This document shows positions 8,801-10,400 of a DNA stretch of 10,400 nucleotides, piece after piece; position 1 is the stretch's first letter, and every line of letters starts with the position of its first letter. Below the pieces are notes generated by a model. It saw only the letters and a program-made list of their open reading frames with translations. It made no database searches and was not told where the DNA came from. The stretch is from NCBI GenBank assembly GCA_964012805.1, contig CAXGUD010000081.1, forward strand, positions 1 through 10,400. The letters are read 5' to 3'. The position numbers and the translations under genes were made by a program. This DNA is from an uncultured Bacteriovoracaceae bacterium. Its GTDB lineage: Bacteria > Bdellovibrionota > Bacteriovoracia > Bacteriovoracales > Bacteriovoracaceae.

Positions 8801-9042
8801 GAGTCATCTGTGAAGGGGCGAGCACTCGTTTTAGGGCGGTTGTGATTACCACTGTGACTACCGTTGTGGCGATTCTCCCAACCGCTTATGGCTTTTTTGG
8901 TTATGATTCGATGCTTGCTGAGATGATGTTGACGATGGGCTGGGGGCTCTTTTTTTCAACCTTAATTACTCTTTTTCTTGTTCCTTGCCTCTATACAATT
9001 TATTCGCGTTTACGCTCTTTTACAGATAAGCTTATGACTTAA
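5890..9042 (+). CDS. RND efflux transporter permease subunit (AcrB/AcrD/AcrF family)
   Basis: About 1050 aa with two large periplasmic loops and 12-TM organisation. Motifs YPGASSEDVE, GVVVDDAIIVAENI (TM4 Asp-Asp), GVVINDAIVMI and TRFRAVVITTVTT. ATG 5890 is preferred over the TTG at 5884 given in the track. Confidence 0.95.
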   Translation: MEKIIKFFATKTLFSNIIFVSVFILGVFSWINIGKEEMPSFESDWVRVNAVYPGASSEDVETLVTRPLEDELRGLQGIEEVNSTSSPGVSSVGVTLRSDYPDKKEVVQNIKDVILGTKLPADVEKPSIRQFKSSEKAIIDIGIYIQGSKILTDLERKRLQEQVNSLENQLVNLKEISSVSKGGYLPPEIKVIVNPKKLQRYQISLNQVYTKLRSNHYRIPLGQIKNKEESRVVVVQELGNKEALENVVIRRNYQGKTVTLKDLATIRETYRERRSVRKIQGHEAVTFSVRKSISSDILKAREKVFEVVKMFRARNKEGPIKIKLMDDESYDVTNRLGLISSNGLLGFLFILLFLFLALDFKTGFWVACGIPFSLAVSITLAHIIGYTVNNVTLAAIIILMGVVVDDAIIVAENIERKIESGEGPLEAAVQGSREVFKPILASILTTCVAFIPLFYFQGFFGKLVSYIPLIIVFMLFGSLIESYFVLPNHLIYKSHFLSKVLDKLRFKRKQRVPSLKEGEQEKKERRFHKWEIRYKNFLEKCLNYKSLLLLFFIGILGSSIYFYKAKLKFVMFPREEAKEIYVRATAKENLNRLEMASFINELENIFLQDKTKSVVAVRSRVGVSRRGGQARENSVFMRVEILPLGKRKVKLRSLIKKWEKTAKGLKGFKQVRFIKHRWGRSSGSPIEIRIQENNDEKRKKLADLLKTEMERRVDIGNVELERPLLKKEYLFKINQKEMTRLKVSPSQLTNVLRSFVGGVNLFDITREEETVEVKMLIEDGFNQDIENIYKVKVTNAQGSLISLKRILEIEERKKPLSIDRVNFKRTTMLYADLKKGVEVTPLEIAEDVEKKTFPVLGSQFPASLLSFVGEVKDSRDSRNDFKISILLVALMTYFILVILFNSLAIPLVIVSIIPFGMAGIIFVLLIHKMSMYGFFSIIGTLGMMGVVINDAIVMISKIENLVKKEGEASLRVICEGASTRFRAVVITTVTTVVAILPTAYGFFGYDSMLAEMMLTMGWGLFFSTLITLFLVPCLYTIYSRLRSFTDKLMT

Positions 9043-9838
9043 AAAGAAAAGGGGACCTTACCTTGTAGCTTTTAAGGTTTATGTTCTTTTCCATTTTTAA
9101 GGCCTTACTATTTTTTGATGGAGAGAGGGCATTTACTTTCTTGCAAAAAAGATTAATCAGATTTGGGTCTTTTTCTATATCTTCAGATTTTCCATCGCCC
9201 TCTAATTCATAAAATGTTACAAACTTATTATCATTTCTTTTTTCAACCGTTTTACCCAAGGCCAATTTTAAAAAGGACTTTTTTTGAGTTAAAAGCTTTA
9301 TCTTCTTTCTATACTTTTTATTAGTATGTGAAGGAAGAAAATAAACCTTTTTATTTTTTGGAAGGTATTTATAGAGGAGGTCCTTGCCTTTAAAGTTTAT
9401 TTTTCTAATTTGTGAATCAAAGCCAACAATCAAATCCTTGGGTATTTCGCTATCTGAGTTGAGGTATTTAAAAATTTCTGTTGCTTGGTACATCAAACGG
9501 CGGCTAAGTTCCTGGTTATTTGAGCGGATGGTATTTTTCTTTTTCCAGGTAATTGTATGTGAGTCACATTTAAGATTTTCAGAGGAAAGAAGTTTTGAGA
9601 CCTGAATAACGGTCTTCTTTTGGTCATTTTTCAGTCTAAATTTGATTCCTTTTTTTTCTAGTAAAAAATTTTTCCCATCAAAAGCTTCTATATAAATATC
9701 AAATCTTTTTTTTGTCTTACTGACAAAACCTGGTTTTAGCTTCTTATATTGTTCTTTCGTTAGTTCGAGTCTTAGCTCAGACATTGCATTCGTGAAGGGA
9801 ATGAATAAGGTCATGATAAGTAAAAAACTTTTAAGCAT
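9032..9838 (-). CDS. Exported protein with degenerate CYTH-like (triphosphate tunnel) domain
   Basis: 268 aa, AGGA RBS 8 nt before the ATG, signal peptide ending FTNA. CYTH-like elements occur in the expected order: SELRL, RFDIYIEAFD...LLEKKGIKFRLK, NKKYRKKI, FYELE. Confidence 0.6.
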   Translation of the reverse strand: MLKSFLLIMTLFIPFTNAMSELRLELTKEQYKKLKPGFVSKTKKRFDIYIEAFDGKNFLLEKKGIKFRLKNDQKKTVIQVSKLLSSENLKCDSHTITWKKKNTIRSNNQELSRRLMYQATEIFKYLNSDSEIPKDLIVGFDSQIRKINFKGKDLLYKYLPKNKKVYFLPSHTNKKYRKKIKLLTQKKSFLKLALGKTVEKRNDNKFVTFYELEGDGKSEDIEKDPNLINLFCKKVNALSPSKNSKALKMEKNINLKSYKVRSPFLFKS

Positions 9839-9882
9839 TAACTTCGTCCTAATAAATTATTAACAATAAATAAATAACGTTT

Positions 9883-9911
9883 AATTTAAAAAGAAAAAAA
9901 AAAAAAGGCAA
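9883..9911 (-). promoter_or_regulatory. Putative sigma70 promoter of the CYTH-like gene, TTGCCT-N17-TAAATT, with poly(T) spacer
   Basis: On the - strand: TTGCCT (9911-9906), a 17-nt spacer (9905-9889) and TAAATT (9888-9883), about 45 nt upstream of ATG 9838. Confidence 0.5.
9894..9906. repeat. A13/T13 homopolymer tract
   Basis: 13 consecutive A on the + strand; the longest homopolymer I noticed in the window. Confidence 0.95.
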
Positions 9912-9974
9912 GCCTTAAATTAGAAAATAATTTTAAAGAATGTAAAAATGGGTGAAGTAGTAAAAGGTGTGAGG

Positions 9975-10022
9975 AAAAAGATAAAAGATAAAAGTGATCC
10001 CTAGAAACCTAAGGAGTCACTT
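9975..10022 (-). terminator. Intrinsic terminator of the small secreted repeat protein gene
   Basis: The - strand RNA AAGUGA-C-UCCUUAG-GUUU-CUAGGGA-UCACUU forms a 13-bp stem (one bulge, one G.U that pairs only on this strand). It is followed by UUAUCUUUUAUCUUUUU and lies just after the tandem TAA TAA stops. Confidence 0.75.
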
Positions 10023-10036
10023 CTAAGTTTTATTTA

Positions 10037-10318
10037 TTATTCAAGGTAATCAAGTTTTTTTAAACAGAACTTACCAGTTGAATGAACCATCCATATACCA
10101 CCAGACTTGAGACACTTCCTTCTTCTTATCGCAGTAATATCATCATCAAAGCTTCCACTTCGGCTTGTTTTACCAAGTTTTTTCATGCAAAACTTTTTTC
10201 CACTCGGTGTAATAACCCAAGTGTTTCCTTCCTTAATACATTTTCTGCGGTTTCCAGCTTCAGCTGTTGAGGCAAAAATAAACAAAAAAGAAATAAATAG
10301 GGGGAAAATCTTTTTCAT
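10037..10318 (-). CDS. Small secreted cationic protein with two Cys-Trp-Cys repeats
   Basis: 93 aa with GGAGA RBS, classic signal peptide (MKKIF...TAEA), double stop codon and downstream terminator. Internal repeats: RRKCIKEGNTWVITPSGKKFCMKKL and RRKCLKSGGIWMVHSTGKFCLKKL. Confidence 0.85.
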   Translation of the reverse strand: MKKIFPLFISFLFIFASTAEAGNRRKCIKEGNTWVITPSGKKFCMKKLGKTSRSGSFDDDITAIRRRKCLKSGGIWMVHSTGKFCLKKLDYLE

Positions 10319-10400
10319 ACCATCTCCAATTTTCGATTTTTATAGGCTCCAATAAATTGGGACATTACAAAATATTAATGAATTGGTGTAGGTCTTTTTT

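Noticed and set aside
8667..8852. 61-aa - strand ORF
   Set aside because: Antisense shadow of RND transmembrane segments.
9384..9605. 73-aa + strand ORF (TTG start) preceded by AGAGGAGG
   Set aside because: Lies antisense within the CYTH-like gene. The SD-like sequence is only about 3 nt from a weak start and is explained by the Asp-Leu-Leu-Tyr codons of the opposite strand.
10082..10355. 62-aa and 82-aa + strand ORFs
   Set aside because: Antisense to the 93-aa gene, which has the RBS, signal peptide, protein-level repeats and a strand-appropriate terminator.
10324..10360. CTCCAAT direct repeat and CCAAT-AA-ATTGG palindrome upstream of the small protein gene
   Set aside because: Short; one copy is simply the RBS complement; not enough to call a binding site.
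1..10400. CRISPR array, tRNA/rRNA, IS element, prophage or defence genes
   Set aside because: No regularly spaced repeats, structured RNA signatures, or transposase/integrase/nuclease motifs were seen by eye.

Overview
AT-rich bacterial chromosomal window (roughly one third G+C, estimated by eye) with eight protein-coding genes and no recognisable RNA gene, mobile element or CRISPR array. In order: (1) a large lipoprotein zinc-metalloprotease-family gene on the - strand (starts at 1832, runs off the left edge, absent from the ORF track); (2) a divergently encoded secreted protein with a His...Asn-Cys signature resembling permuted papain-like/DUF4105 enzymes; (3) 6-phosphogluconolactonase (pgl); (4) a convergent outer-membrane beta-barrel; (5) an exported cysteine glutathione peroxidase; (6) a stand-alone AcrB-family RND permease; (7) a convergent protein with a signal peptide and a degenerate CYTH-like fold, whose putative sigma70 promoter has a T13 tract in the spacer; (8) a small, cationic, secreted protein with two Cys-x-Trp-x-Cys repeats and its own terminator. 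Seven of the eight products are envelope or exported proteins. The gene content suggests a Bdellovibrionota-type (predatory) organism, which is inference only. I cannot demonstrate a single coherent new system. The best leads are the twin-repeat cationic peptide, the exported CYTH-like protein with a possibly phase-variable promoter, and the divergent protease / papain-like enzyme pair.
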